From Gallionella sp. (GTDB taxonomy: Bacteria > Pseudomonadota > Gammaproteobacteria > Burkholderiales > Gallionellaceae): a DNA stretch of 64,000 nucleotides. Position numbers and translations under genes: made by a program. Below, one piece after another: positions 30,517-43,639 of the stretch; the stretch's first letter is position 1; each line of letters begins with the position of its first letter. The stretch is taken from positions 6,137-70,136 of the forward strand of contig JAURZN010000206.1 in assembly GCA_030653355.1 (NCBI GenBank), in the 5' to 3' direction. Under the pieces are notes generated by a model. It worked only from the letters and a program-made list of their open reading frames with translations. It had not been told where the DNA came from and did no database searches.

Positions 30517-30888
30517 TTACACCAGCGCGATAAATTCCAGTGCATTTTGATCCGGATCGCGACAGAACAAGGCGCGACGGCCGGACTGACTGAGGGTATA
30601 GGCAATTCCCGCCTGATTCAGGCGCGCTATCAACCCGTCAAAATCCGACACCGTCAGCGCCACATGTCGATCACGCCCGCCGTGAACCGGACGCTGCAAA
30701 CCTGCTTCCGGGTCAGGCAACGCCATCAGATGAATCTGCTGACCTGTCGCCACTTCATACCACACCCCGTCAAAGCTCATGAGCGGACGTTTGAGGTCCG
30801 CCTGCAAACCAAGCAAACCCTCGTAAAAAACACGCGAGCGGGTCAGATCGGCGCTAATGAAAGTAGCGTGATGAATGCCGGTAATCAT
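30517..30888 (-). CDS. VOC/glyoxalase family protein
   Basis: [29 protein letters not shown]. Confidence 0.9.
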   Translation of the reverse strand: MITGIHHATFISADLTRSRVFYEGLLGLQADLKRPLMSFDGVWYEVATGQQIHLMALPDPEAGLQRPVHGGRDRHVALTVSDFDGLIARLNQAGIAYTLSQSGRRALFCRDPDQNALEFIALV

Positions 30889-32084
30889 GGTTTGACGGGC
30901 CTGACCCTGCTGGCGGCCAGTTTGGCGCGCTGTCTGGCCTGGTCGGTGTCCGCGCCGGTCGCCAGCGCCACGCCCATGCGGCGGCGCGCAAAGGATACAG
31001 GTTTGCCGAACAAGCGGATGTCACTGCCGGGCACGCGCAGCGCGTCCGCCACCCCCTCAAAAGCGATGCCCGCCGCTTCCATCTGCCCGTAAATCACCGC
31101 CGAAGCGCCCGGCGCACGCAAGGTGGTATCCACCGACAAGCCGAGTATGGCGCGGGCATGCAACTCGAATTCATTCTGAACTTGCGAACACATCGTCACC
31201 ATGCCGGTGTCGTGCGGGCGCGGGCTGACTTCGCTGAACCACACCTCATCACCCTTGATGAACAACTCCACGCCGAACAGACCCAAGCCGCCCAGATCGC
31301 GGGTGACTTTCTCTGCTATGTCGCGCGCGCGTTGCAAGGCCAGCGGCGACATTGGCTGCGGTTGCCAGCTTTCCACATAGTCGCCCTGTACCTGCACATG
31401 ACCGATAGGATCGCAGTAGTGTGTTTCCGTGCTGCCGTCCTCAGCCAGCGCACGCACAGTGAGCTGAGTAATTTCGTAATCAAAACAGATCATCCCTTCA
31501 ACGATCACCCTGCCCTGATTCACGCGACTGCCGTGACCGGCGTAATCCCATGCAGCCTCTACCTCGTCTGGCGTATCCACTTTGGACTGTCCCTTGCCGG
31601 AGGACGACATCACCGGTTTAATGATGCACGGATAGCCGATGTGCTCAATGGCTGCGCGCATTTCTTCCAGACTGTCGGCAAAACAATAGGGGGAAGTCGG
31701 CAATCCCAGAGTTTCTGCGGCAAGACGGCGGATGCCTTCGCGGTTCATGGTCAGCCGTGCGGCACGCGCGGTAGGAATGACACGCGCCAGCCCTTCCCGC
31801 TCGATCTGTTCCAGCATGCCGGTAGCGATAGCCTCGATTTCCGGCACGATCAGATCGGGCTTCTCAAGCTCGATCAAGGCGCGCAATGCCGCGCCATCCG
31901 CCTTATTGATGACATGCGCGCGATGCGCGACCTGATGTCCGGGCGCATCGGCATAGCGATCCACCGCGATGGTCTCTACCCCCAGACGTTGCAAGGCGAT
32001 AATGACTTCCTTGCCCAGTTCGCCGCTGCCGAGCAGCATGACTTTGGTCGCAGAAGGACTGAGTGGGGTTCCGATGGTATGCAT
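30885..32084 (-). CDS. purT: Formate-dependent phosphoribosylglycinamide formyltransferase
   Basis: [47 protein letters not shown]. Confidence 0.96.
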   Translation of the reverse strand: MHTIGTPLSPSATKVMLLGSGELGKEVIIALQRLGVETIAVDRYADAPGHQVAHRAHVINKADGAALRALIELEKPDLIVPEIEAIATGMLEQIEREGLARVIPTARAARLTMNREGIRRLAAETLGLPTSPYCFADSLEEMRAAIEHIGYPCIIKPVMSSSGKGQSKVDTPDEVEAAWDYAGHGSRVNQGRVIVEGMICFDYEITQLTVRALAEDGSTETHYCDPIGHVQVQGDYVESWQPQPMSPLALQRARDIAEKVTRDLGGLGLFGVELFIKGDEVWFSEVSPRPHDTGMVTMCSQVQNEFELHARAILGLSVDTTLRAPGASAVIYGQMEAAGIAFEGVADALRVPGSDIRLFGKPVSFARRRMGVALATGADTDQARQRAKLAASRVRPVKP

Positions 32085-32283
32085 AATGTCGCCGATATAT
32101 AAACTGGACGAAATTATACACAGGAGCTTGATTTTCTTGCATGACCGCGACAGCGTGCTGCCGCCATCATCGGAATTTCCGGATCAAGCATTAGCAGCTA
32201 TCTACAAAATATCAATACATATCAATCGGATAGAAAAATTGGAGTAACATACACACTCATTTCCAACCACAAGAAGGAAGATC

Positions 32284-33333
32284 ATGACCAACATCGTGCA
32301 ACTATTGGGGGATGAAGCAGAGCATTTGCTGCAACATCGTTGTCTCGGTATTAGCAGAGACGCACTGCACCTGCCGGGTGCGGACTATGTGGATCGCGTG
32401 GTGGCAATGAAGGATAGGAAGCCCGGCGTGCTGCGCAACCTGCAAGCCCTGTACGGACATGGCAGGCTGGCGGGTACAGGCTATCTTTCGCTGTTGCCGG
32501 TAGATCAGGGCGTGGAACATTCCGGCGGCGCCTCGTTCGCGCCCAACCCCATCTACTTCGATCCGGAAAACATCGTCAAGCTCGCCATCGAAGGCGGCTG
32601 CAACGGCGTCGCTTCCACGCTCGGCGTGCTGTCCTCCGTGGCACGCCGCTACGCACACAAGATTCCATTCATCGTCAAAATCAACCATAACGAGTTGCTG
32701 ACCTATCCCAACGCCTTCAACCAGACGCTGTTTGCCAGCGTGGATCAGGCCTTCGACATGGGTGCCGTGGCGGTGGGTGCAACGGTATTTTATGGTTCCG
32801 AACAGTCGCGCAGGCAAATACAGGAAGTCTCCGAAGCATTCGAACACGCGCACAGCCTCGGCATGGTTACCGTGCTATGGGCTTATTTACGCAACCCGTC
32901 CTTCAAAGTGGAAGGCATTGATTACCACGTATCTGCCGACCTGACCGGCCAGGCCAACCACCTCGCGGTTACCATCAACGCCGATATCGTCAAACAGAAA
33001 ATGGCCGAAAACAACGGCGGCTACAACGCCCTGAAATTTGGCAAGACCAGCGCCAGGGTCTACAGCGAACTGACCTCCGACCACCCCATCGATCTGGTGC
33101 GCTATCAGGTGGCGAACTGCTATATGGGCCGCGTAGGCATGATCAATTCGGGCGGAGCATCAGGCCAGGACGATTTGCATCAGGCGGTGCGCACTGCGGT
33201 AATCAACAAACGCGCAGGCGGCATGGGGCTGATTTCCGGTCGCAAGGCATTCCAGAAACCGATGCAGGACGGCGTGACGCTGCTGAACGCGATACAGGAT
33301 GTTTATCTGAACAAGGAAGTGACGGTGGCGTAG
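32284..33333 (+). CDS. fbaB: Class I fructose-bisphosphate aldolase
   Basis: [35 protein letters not shown]. Confidence 0.95.
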   Translation: MTNIVQLLGDEAEHLLQHRCLGISRDALHLPGADYVDRVVAMKDRKPGVLRNLQALYGHGRLAGTGYLSLLPVDQGVEHSGGASFAPNPIYFDPENIVKLAIEGGCNGVASTLGVLSSVARRYAHKIPFIVKINHNELLTYPNAFNQTLFASVDQAFDMGAVAVGATVFYGSEQSRRQIQEVSEAFEHAHSLGMVTVLWAYLRNPSFKVEGIDYHVSADLTGQANHLAVTINADIVKQKMAENNGGYNALKFGKTSARVYSELTSDHPIDLVRYQVANCYMGRVGMINSGGASGQDDLHQAVRTAVINKRAGGMGLISGRKAFQKPMQDGVTLLNAIQDVYLNKEVTVA

Positions 33334-33522
33334 TCGCTACGATCCGTCCTGTTCTCCGCCATAAACGGAGGACAGGTGACACACCCGGTTTCAATTTCCC
33401 CCTCCCAGCCTGCAAAGGACGGCACCTGCTCATAATGCGCTGATGGGCGTGCGCTTGTGTACCGCATGCATCCATAATCCTGTAAAATCCCGACGAACCT
33501 AAAAGATACGCTATTTAAAGTT

Positions 33523-35217
33523 ATGCGAAATTGGTGGCAATCGCTGGGCATAGGCAACAAACTGAACATCCCCATCCAGGCGATGCTGATCGTCGTGCTG
33601 TCCTTCGCTCATTTCTGGGTAATGGAACACATCAGGGATGAAATTCTGGACGGCGCCGAAAGACGCGCCGCCGTTTCTGCCGACGGCATCATCAACGGCA
33701 TGAACATGATGATGCTCAACGGCATGATTATCGACCCCGACAACCGTCGGCTTTTCATACAAAAGATGGGCGACTCCGATCACGTGAAGGAGTTGCGCAT
33801 CATTCGCGCCAAACAGGTTCAGGATCAGTACGGGCCGGGATTACCCGAAGAACAGGTTGCGGACGAGATGGACCATCGCGTGATGGCGACGAAACAGACT
33901 GAATTCCTGCTGAACGAAGACAGTAGCGCTCCGACCTTGCGTGCTGTCGTGCCCTTCATTGCGAGTACCAATTACCGTGGCACCAATTGTCTGAGCTGCC
34001 ATGATGTGGAAGCCGATTCGGTTAATGGCGCCGCCAGCATCACCATCGATATGACCGATGATTTCGAGGCCATCAGACACACCCAGGTATTGCTGTGGGC
34101 AGGACAGATTGTGCTGCAAATACTGCTGTTTTTCGCAACCCACAGCATGATAGCCTGCTTCATGCGACGCATCATTGTATTGCAATCCAGAATGGAAGCC
34201 ATGCAAGCCACAGGCAGCATGGAACGGTTTATCCCGATTGAACTGAGAACCGGTTGCCAGGATGAAATTGGCAAACTCACCAGCGCCTTCAACCGGATGT
34301 CGGAAACTTTATACAATTCTGAAAAGTCGATGAGACTGGCAACATCCATCTATCAGTCGAATGCGGATGCCATCGTCGTAACGGATGAGAATAACCTTAT
34401 CGTGGATGTCAATCCGGCCTTCACCCGCATCACCGACTACACGCTGGACGAAGTAAGAGGGAAAAATCCGAGACTGATGCAGTCCGGACACCATGACACC
34501 AAGTTTTACGAAGAGATGTGGCAGCAAATCCTGGGCGAAGGCCACTGGAAGGGTGAAATTTGGGATAAACGCAAGGATGGCGAATTGTTTGCCAAGATGG
34601 CCAACATCATCGTCCTTCGCAACGCGGATGGCAGCATATACCGCTATGTGGCGCAGTTCTCGGATATTACCGAGAAGAAACACAAAGACGAGATGATCCA
34701 TTGGCAGGCCAACTACGATCCACTGACCAACCTTCCCAACCGTCGCCTGTTCCATGATCGATTGGGACAAGCAATCAAGATGGCACACCGCAAGGCATTG
34801 CCACTCGCCCTGTTCTTTATCGACCTGGATCATTTCAAGGAAATCAACGATCAGTGCGGGCACGCCAATGGCGACGTGTTACTGATGGAGGTGGCACAAC
34901 GCTTGAGCAGTTGCGTGCGTGAAGCCGATACTGTCGCGCGTCTGGGCGGTGACGAATTCACGGTTATTCTGCCCGATCTGGGCGACACCCCGCAAATTAA
35001 TCGGATAGCAGAAAATATCATAGAGAAACTGGCGCAACCCTTTTACTTTTTGAACGATGAAACGAAACATCACATTTCGGCGAGCATAGGGATCGCCATC
35101 TATCCACAGGACACGACCGCCTTTGACGGTTTGCTGAAATGCGCGGACAAGGCGATGTATGCGGCCAAGGCGGCGGGAAGGAATCGCTACATCTACTTTC
35201 CGGAATCCGGACAGTGA
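33523..35217 (+). CDS. Diguanylate cyclase with periplasmic c-heme sensor, HAMP and PAS
   Basis: TM-periplasmic domain with CLSCH-TM, DEIGKL HAMP, PAS, GGDEF. Confidence 0.88.
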   Translation: MRNWWQSLGIGNKLNIPIQAMLIVVLSFAHFWVMEHIRDEILDGAERRAAVSADGIINGMNMMMLNGMIIDPDNRRLFIQKMGDSDHVKELRIIRAKQVQDQYGPGLPEEQVADEMDHRVMATKQTEFLLNEDSSAPTLRAVVPFIASTNYRGTNCLSCHDVEADSVNGAASITIDMTDDFEAIRHTQVLLWAGQIVLQILLFFATHSMIACFMRRIIVLQSRMEAMQATGSMERFIPIELRTGCQDEIGKLTSAFNRMSETLYNSEKSMRLATSIYQSNADAIVVTDENNLIVDVNPAFTRITDYTLDEVRGKNPRLMQSGHHDTKFYEEMWQQILGEGHWKGEIWDKRKDGELFAKMANIIVLRNADGSIYRYVAQFSDITEKKHKDEMIHWQANYDPLTNLPNRRLFHDRLGQAIKMAHRKALPLALFFIDLDHFKEINDQCGHANGDVLLMEVAQRLSSCVREADTVARLGGDEFTVILPDLGDTPQINRIAENIIEKLAQPFYFLNDETKHHISASIGIAIYPQDTTAFDGLLKCADKAMYAAKAAGRNRYIYFPESGQ

Positions 35218-36119
35218 CAGCCTTCATCACGCGCTGATTCTGAATACAGCTTCCCCGACAGCAGGCTGGCGAAAACAATAAGAATGGCACCCAGCCAATC
35301 TCGTACCCCCATCGCCTCATCTGCCAGCAAATAAGATGCGTATGCCGCGACCACCAGTTCAAACAGAAATAGCAACATGGCGCGATTGGCAGGCATGTTG
35401 GTGACACCGTATTGCACGGCAAAACTGCAGGAACAGAGCACTACGCCGAGCAACGCCAGTATCAGCCAGTTTTGCGGCGCTATCCCCGAGAAATGCCATC
35501 CGCCTTGCCACACCAGCAACGGCGCAGTCAGCAGTGCCGTACCGAACCAGATGCTGAAGGCTTTGGCTTCGACACTGAGATGCGCGGCACGCCGCGATAC
35601 CACATTGGACAGCGCAAAACCCATGCCAGCCGACAAACCCAGCCATTCGGAGATATTTTTCGGCAGCGGCACACCGAGACTGGGCTCCCACAACATGATG
35701 AATGCACCGCTGAGCGACAGCGCGATGATCAGATAGCCGTAACGGTTCAGGCGTTCACCCAGCAGGGAGTGGGAAAACAGAATCGTCCAGACCGGCGCGA
35801 GATAGAACAGCAGCAATACGCGCATCACCTCGCCTTGCAGCATCCCCAGCACATAGCCGAAGTTAGCCCAGCCCGCGCTGAACACCAGCAGGACCACCCA
35901 CCAGCCTGACACGCCGTTACTTTTAGTACGCAGATCGCGCCTCACACGCGGCAACATGAATCCGCCGCACAGCATCGCCAGCAGATAGGTGATCAGCGTC
36001 GCCAACGGACCGGAAACCCCCGCCTCCTGCAACGCCCGGTAGGGATACCAGATCAGCCCCCATACCAGTGCACCGCTTAATATTCCTGCTATCGGCATTA
36101 CATTTTGTTTTGATGACAC
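35193..36119 (-). CDS. EamA/DMT family transporter
   Basis: ~10 TM, WGLIW, LLFYLAPVW, LLGERL, FELVVA; start uncertain (GTG 36119 or ATG 36098). Confidence 0.88.
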   Translation of the reverse strand: MSSKQNVMPIAGILSGALVWGLIWYPYRALQEAGVSGPLATLITYLLAMLCGGFMLPRVRRDLRTKSNGVSGWWVVLLVFSAGWANFGYVLGMLQGEVMRVLLLFYLAPVWTILFSHSLLGERLNRYGYLIIALSLSGAFIMLWEPSLGVPLPKNISEWLGLSAGMGFALSNVVSRRAAHLSVEAKAFSIWFGTALLTAPLLVWQGGWHFSGIAPQNWLILALLGVVLCSCSFAVQYGVTNMPANRAMLLFLFELVVAAYASYLLADEAMGVRDWLGAILIVFASLLSGKLYSESARDEGCHCPDSGK

Positions 36120-36168
36120 CTGCCCGCCCCTTATAAGGCCCGTCACTTTCGATGCCGCTAATACAGTA

Positions 36169-37371
36169 ATGAATCCAGACCTCAATCGTTTGCAGCCCTA
36201 CCCCTTCCAGAAGCTGGCCGCCCTGTTCAGCGCAGTCACGCCGAATCCGGATTATCGTGCGATCAGCCTGTCCATCGGCGAACCGAAACACGATACACCG
36301 CAATTTATCAAAAATGCGCTGACCGACAACCTGACCGGTCTGGCAAATTATCCCACAACCGCAGGCACAGACGCGCTGCGCACCACGATAGCCGATTGGC
36401 TGGCCGGACGCTATGGGATTCCCGCACCCGATGCGAAAACGCAGGTATTGCCGGTGAACGGCAGCCGTGAGGCATTGTTCGCCTTTGCCCAAACCGTCAT
36501 CGATCGCACCCGGACCGACCCCGCCGTGGTTTGCCCCAATCCCTTCTACCAGATTTACGAGGGGGCGGCATTGCTGGCGGGCGCAACGCCCTACTTCCTC
36601 AACACCCTGCCGGAAGACAATTTTGCGCTGAACTTTGCCCAATTACCGGAAGATGTCTGGCAGCGCACCCAGCTGATTTATGTCTGCTCGCCGGGCAATC
36701 CTACCGGACGGGTGATGCCGCTGGAGGAATGGAAAATCCTGTTCGAGATGTCCGACCGCTATGGTTTCGTGATTGCCTCGGACGAGTGCTATTCGGAAAT
36801 CTACTTTGAAAATCCGCCGCTCGGCGCCTTGCAGGCCGCACAACAACTGGGACGCAGCGACTACCGCAATCTGGTCGTGTTTTCCAGTTTATCGAAACGC
36901 TCCAACGTCCCCGGCATGCGTTCAGGCTTTGTCGCGGGCGATGCCGATGTCATTGCAAAATTCACCCTGTATCGCACCTACCACGGCTCGGCAATGAACC
37001 CAGTCATCCAGTCCGCCAGCATTGCTGCGTGGAACGATGAAGCGCATGTCGCAGAGAACCGCCGCCTGTACGCCGAGAAATTCACCCGGGTAGTGGATAT
37101 ACTCAGCCCAGTATTGCCCGTAACCCTGCCCGATGCCAGCTTCTATCTGTGGATACGCACCCCGATAGCCGACACAGCCTACGCGCAAGCCCTGTATCAC
37201 GATTATAATGTGACCGTATTGCCGGGCAGTTATCTGGCGCGTAGCGCGCAAGGTATCAATCCCGGCGAAAATTTTGTGCGTCTGGCGCTGGTTGCCGAGA
37301 CCTCAGAAACCGTAGAAGCCGCACACAGAATCGCACAATTCAGTCGCAAGTTGCTAGACGCTAGTTGCTAG
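36169..37371 (+). CDS. dapC: N-succinyldiaminopimelate aminotransferase
   Basis: LQPYPFQKL, SPGNPTG, SDECYSE, SLSKRSNVPGMRSG; upstream of dapD. Confidence 0.92.
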   Translation: MNPDLNRLQPYPFQKLAALFSAVTPNPDYRAISLSIGEPKHDTPQFIKNALTDNLTGLANYPTTAGTDALRTTIADWLAGRYGIPAPDAKTQVLPVNGSREALFAFAQTVIDRTRTDPAVVCPNPFYQIYEGAALLAGATPYFLNTLPEDNFALNFAQLPEDVWQRTQLIYVCSPGNPTGRVMPLEEWKILFEMSDRYGFVIASDECYSEIYFENPPLGALQAAQQLGRSDYRNLVVFSSLSKRSNVPGMRSGFVAGDADVIAKFTLYRTYHGSAMNPVIQSASIAAWNDEAHVAENRRLYAEKFTRVVDILSPVLPVTLPDASFYLWIRTPIADTAYAQALYHDYNVTVLPGSYLARSAQGINPGENFVRLALVAETSETVEAAHRIAQFSRKLLDASC

Positions 37372-37434
37372 TAAAAACAAGACCCGCATAGCGGACAACA
37401 TCAACTAACATCTAGCGTCTAACGACTAGCTACT
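37349..37434. repeat. Inverted 7-mer tandem-repeat cassette
   Basis: GCTAGNN units ... CCGCATAGCGG ... CTAGCGT/CTAACGA units. Confidence 0.65.
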
Positions 37435-37454
37435 TTTTTAATCAAGGAATAAAA

Positions 37455-38276
37455 ATGAACCCATTACAATCCATCATCGAAACCGCTTTTGAACGTCGCG
37501 CCGAGATCACTCCGCGCAATGCGGATGCGCAACTCAAGGAAGCGGTTGACGCGGTCATCACCCAACTCGATCAGGGCACACTGCGCGTCGCGGAAAAAAT
37601 CAACGGCGACTGGGTCACGCACCAATGGCTGAAAAAGGCCGTGCTGCTGTCATTCCGTCTGGAAGATAACGCCTTCATCAAGGGCGGCTTCACCAATTAC
37701 TACGACAAAGTGCCCTCCAAATTTGCCGACTACAACAGCCGCGATTTCCGCGAAGGCGGTTTCCGTGTTGTCCCCCCTGCTGCTGCCCGCAAAGGTGCAT
37801 ACATCGCTAAAAACGTGGTGCTGATGCCGTCTTATGTGAACATCGGCGCCTATGTGGATGAAGGCACGATGGTAGATACCTGGGCAACCGTCGGTTCCTG
37901 CGCGCAGATCGGCAAGAACGTACACTTGAGCGGCGGTGTCGGCATCGGCGGCGTACTGGAACCCGTGCAGGCCAATCCCACCATCATCGGCGACAACTGC
38001 TTCGTAGGCGCGCGCTCGGAGATCGTCGAGGGCGTGATTCTGGAAGATAACGTGGTCATCTCGATGGGCGTGTTTATCGGCCAGAGCACCAAGATATACG
38101 ACCGTGAAACCGGCACCATCACCTATGGCCGCGTACCCGCCGGATCCGTGGTCGTCAGCGGCAACCTGCCCTCCAAAGACGGCAGCTACAGCCTGTATTG
38201 TGCGGTAATTGTAAAGAAAGTAGATGCCAAGACCCTGTCCAAGGTCGGCATCAACGAGTTGCTCAGAGGGATTTAA
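37455..38276 (+). CDS. dapD: Tetrahydrodipicolinate N-succinyltransferase
   Basis: [25 protein letters not shown], hexapeptide repeats. Confidence 0.97.
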   Translation: MNPLQSIIETAFERRAEITPRNADAQLKEAVDAVITQLDQGTLRVAEKINGDWVTHQWLKKAVLLSFRLEDNAFIKGGFTNYYDKVPSKFADYNSRDFREGGFRVVPPAAARKGAYIAKNVVLMPSYVNIGAYVDEGTMVDTWATVGSCAQIGKNVHLSGGVGIGGVLEPVQANPTIIGDNCFVGARSEIVEGVILEDNVVISMGVFIGQSTKIYDRETGTITYGRVPAGSVVVSGNLPSKDGSYSLYCAVIVKKVDAKTLSKVGINELLRGI

Positions 38277-38280
38277 AAAA

Positions 38281-38366
38281 ATAGCCGTTAGACGTTAGTC
38301 GTGAGTTATAGCGTGCCGCGCAGCGGACAACACCAACTAACGACTAGCGACTAGCGTCTAATAACT
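38281..38366. repeat. Inverted 7-mer tandem-repeat cassette, homolog of 37349-37434
   Basis: CGTTAGA/CGTTAGT ... CCGCGCAGCGGACAACACCAACTAAC ... GACTAGC repeats. Confidence 0.65.
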
Positions 38367-38378
38367 GAGGTGATACAC

Positions 38379-39551
38379 ATGATCGTCACACCCTTGCTGA
38401 AACTGGCGGCTGACAAGCAGGCTTCCGATCTGTTCTTTTCGGTCGGCGCGCCAGTCAACGTCAAAATTGATGGCGTTAGCATGCCGGTCAATTCACAGAT
38501 TCTGAGCTCAGAGATCATCAAGCGCATCGCCTACGAACTCATGTCTTCCAGACAGATAGCCGAGTTCGAAGCCAATATGGAAATGAACTTCTCCTACCGC
38601 GTGGAGGGACTGGGCAGTTTTCGAGTCAATATTTTCCGTCAGCGCGGCGACATTGCCATCGTGATACGCTACATCAAGGGCAGAATCGACAATGTGGACG
38701 AACTGCGTCTTCCCGGCATACTCAAGTCGTTAATCCTGGAAAAACGTGGTCTGGTACTGGTAGTCGGCGCAACCGGTTCCGGAAAATCCACCACGCTGGC
38801 TTCCATGATCGAACATCGCAGCCACACCCAGACCGGGCATATCCTGACGATAGAAGATCCGATCGAATACATTTTCAAACACGACAAGTCCATCGTGAAT
38901 CAGCGTGAAATCGGCACGGATACGCTCAACTACGAGAATGCGCTGTCCTGCGGTATGCGTGAAGCGCCCGATGTATTGATGATAGGGGAAGTACGCGATC
39001 GCGACACCCTGAAACACGCGCTGATTTTTGCCCAGACCGGGCACTTGTGCCTGACTACGCTACACGCCAACAACAGTTATCACGCCCTGAATCGTATCGT
39101 TAATTTCTTCCCCTACGACTCGCGCCAGAGTGTGCTGTCCGACCTTTCCATGTGTTTGCGCGCGGTCATTTCGCAACGCCTGGTTCGCACGCTGAACGGC
39201 AAGCAGGTACCCGCCGTTGAAGTCCTGCTGAACACCACACTGATTGCCGATCTGATCAAGAATGATGAAATTGAAAAAATCCACGAGGCGATAGACAAGA
39301 GCGTTTCTGCCGGTTCGCAAACCTTCGAGCAGGCCCTTTACCGATTATTCAAATCGGGAACCATCAGCAAGGAAGAAGCGATGCGCAATGCCGATTCGGC
39401 AAGCAATTTGTCTGCTCTGGTGGATTTTTCAGAACGCACCAACACCATGGCTGTTCCGGTTTTTTCGCCCACTCCGGAAACCGAAAGACTCTCTAAAGCT
39501 TCCAAGTCCGATTTCAGCGGCATCAAACTCGATCTGGATGCGAGCAAATAG
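38379..39551 (+). CDS. pilU: PilT/PilU family type IV pilus retraction ATPase
   Basis: ASDLF, GATGSGKST, TIEDPIE, GEVRD, TGHLCLTTLHAN. Confidence 0.88.
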   Translation: MIVTPLLKLAADKQASDLFFSVGAPVNVKIDGVSMPVNSQILSSEIIKRIAYELMSSRQIAEFEANMEMNFSYRVEGLGSFRVNIFRQRGDIAIVIRYIKGRIDNVDELRLPGILKSLILEKRGLVLVVGATGSGKSTTLASMIEHRSHTQTGHILTIEDPIEYIFKHDKSIVNQREIGTDTLNYENALSCGMREAPDVLMIGEVRDRDTLKHALIFAQTGHLCLTTLHANNSYHALNRIVNFFPYDSRQSVLSDLSMCLRAVISQRLVRTLNGKQVPAVEVLLNTTLIADLIKNDEIEKIHEAIDKSVSAGSQTFEQALYRLFKSGTISKEEAMRNADSASNLSALVDFSERTNTMAVPVFSPTPETERLSKASKSDFSGIKLDLDASK

Positions 39552-39553
39552 CA

Positions 39554-41948
<2,395 letters not shown>

Positions 41949-41951
41949 AGC

Positions 41952-42767
41952 ATGCCTGTAGATCACTACGAAAACTTCCCTGTCGCTTCCATTTTGATGC
42001 CCAGACGCCTGCGCAAGCCGGTGGCGGCGATCTATCATTTCGCCCGTGCGGCAGATGACATCGCCGACGAGGGCGATCTGTCCGACAAGGAACGTCTGCA
42101 ACAACTGGATGCCTTCCGGGATGAGCTGAACCGTATTGCCGGCGAGGAAACACCGCTCACCCCGCTGTTTCAAAATCTGGCCGCCACGATACGTGAATAT
42201 GCCTTACCCCTGCAGCCGCATTACGATCTGCTCGATGCCTTCTCGCAGGACGTGGTGACCAAGCGTTACGACAATTATGCCGATCTGCTCTACTACTGCC
42301 GCCGTTCCGCCAATCCGGTCGGCAGGCTGCTACTGCATCTCTATGAAGAGGCCAGCACTGTCAATCTGGCTTACTCAGATGCAATCTGCACCAGCTTGCA
42401 GCTAATCAACTTCTGGCAGGATGTCGGCAAGGATTATGCTATCCATCGCATCTATCTGCCGCTAGATGAGATGGCGCAATTCGGCGTATCAGAGACGCAG
42501 ATTGCACAGAAAATCTGCGATGAAAACTGGCAAAAACTGATGAAGTTTCAGGTAGATCGCGCGCGCGCACTGATGTTGCAGGGCGCGCCGCTGGGCAGCA
42601 TCCTCACCGGCCGTATCGGCCTGGAAATGCGCATGATCATCGCCGGAGGGCTGCGCATCCTCGATAAAATCGAAGCTGCCAATTACGACATATTCCGCCG
42701 TCGCCCGGTGTTGCGCCCGCTCGACTGGGTTATCATGCTGGTCAAATCCGCGCCCCACTCTTACTAA
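41952..42767 (+). CDS. hpnC: Hydroxysqualene synthase HpnC
   Basis: HYENFPVAS, ADDIADEG, CRRSANPVGR, INFWQD. Confidence 0.93.
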   Translation: MPVDHYENFPVASILMPRRLRKPVAAIYHFARAADDIADEGDLSDKERLQQLDAFRDELNRIAGEETPLTPLFQNLAATIREYALPLQPHYDLLDAFSQDVVTKRYDNYADLLYYCRRSANPVGRLLLHLYEEASTVNLAYSDAICTSLQLINFWQDVGKDYAIHRIYLPLDEMAQFGVSETQIAQKICDENWQKLMKFQVDRARALMLQGAPLGSILTGRIGLEMRMIIAGGLRILDKIEAANYDIFRRRPVLRPLDWVIMLVKSAPHSY

Positions 42768-42805
42768 GCCCAAAACTGCTTCAACTGATTCTTAGAACCA
42801 AACCC

Positions 42806-43639
42806 ATGACTCCAGACCAATATTGCCAGGACAAAACTTCAGCCAGCGGCTCCAGTTTTTATTACAGCTTTCTGTTCCTGCCCAAAGACAAACGTCGCGC
42901 GATCACCGCCCTGTATGCCTTCTGCCGTGAGGTGGACGATGTGGTGGACGAATGCACCGATGAACAAGTGGCCCGCACCACGCTCAACTGGTGGCGAGGA
43001 CAGGTTGCTGAAATCTACGCGGGGAAACCGCAGCATCCGGTCGCGCTCGCGCTGGTGCCTGTCGTCACCCGATTCAATCTGGCGCGGGAACACCTGCTGG
43101 AAATCATAGACGGCATGGAAATGGATCTGGATCAGCCGCGCTACGCCGATTTCAAGTCGCTGCAACTGTATTGCTATCGCGTCGCCTCGGTGGTCGGGCT
43201 GCTGTCGGCGGAAATCTTCGGCTACAGCGACCGTCAGACGCTAAAATATGCCCATGATTTGGGCATCGCTTTCCAGCTTACCAATATCATCCGCGATGTC
43301 GGCGAGGATGCCAGGCGCAACCGTATTTACCTGCCGATGGAGGAGATGCAACAATTCGATGTCACTGCCGCAGACATTCTCAACGCAAACGAAACCGAAA
43401 ACTTTCAGAAGCTGATGGCGTTCCAGGTCGAACGCGCACAACGCTTTTATCAGCAGGCTCTGGCACACCTGCCGGAAGCAGACAAAAAAACTCAGCGCAC
43501 CGGACTGATCATGGCGGCCATTTACCGCGCCACGCTGGATGAAGTGGTCGCCAGCGGCTGCCACGTACTCAAAGAACGCGTCTCGCTCACCCCGCTGCGC
43601 AAACTCTGGCTGGCCTGGATAACTTGGATCAAGAACTGA
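42806..43639 (+). CDS. hpnD: Presqualene diphosphate synthase HpnD
   Basis: SGSSFYYSF, REVDDVVDE, QLTNIIRDVGED. Confidence 0.94.
   Translation: MTPDQYCQDKTSASGSSFYYSFLFLPKDKRRAITALYAFCREVDDVVDECTDEQVARTTLNWWRGQVAEIYAGKPQHPVALALVPVVTRFNLAREHLLEIIDGMEMDLDQPRYADFKSLQLYCYRVASVVGLLSAEIFGYSDRQTLKYAHDLGIAFQLTNIIRDVGEDARRNRIYLPMEEMQQFDVTAADILNANETENFQKLMAFQVERAQRFYQQALAHLPEADKKTQRTGLIMAAIYRATLDEVVASGCHVLKERVSLTPLRKLWLAWITWIKN

Noticed and set aside
32195-32245. LysR/CbbR site upstream of fbaB (repeated ATATCAAT)
   Set aside because: Motif too degenerate in AT-rich DNA and no regulator adjacent
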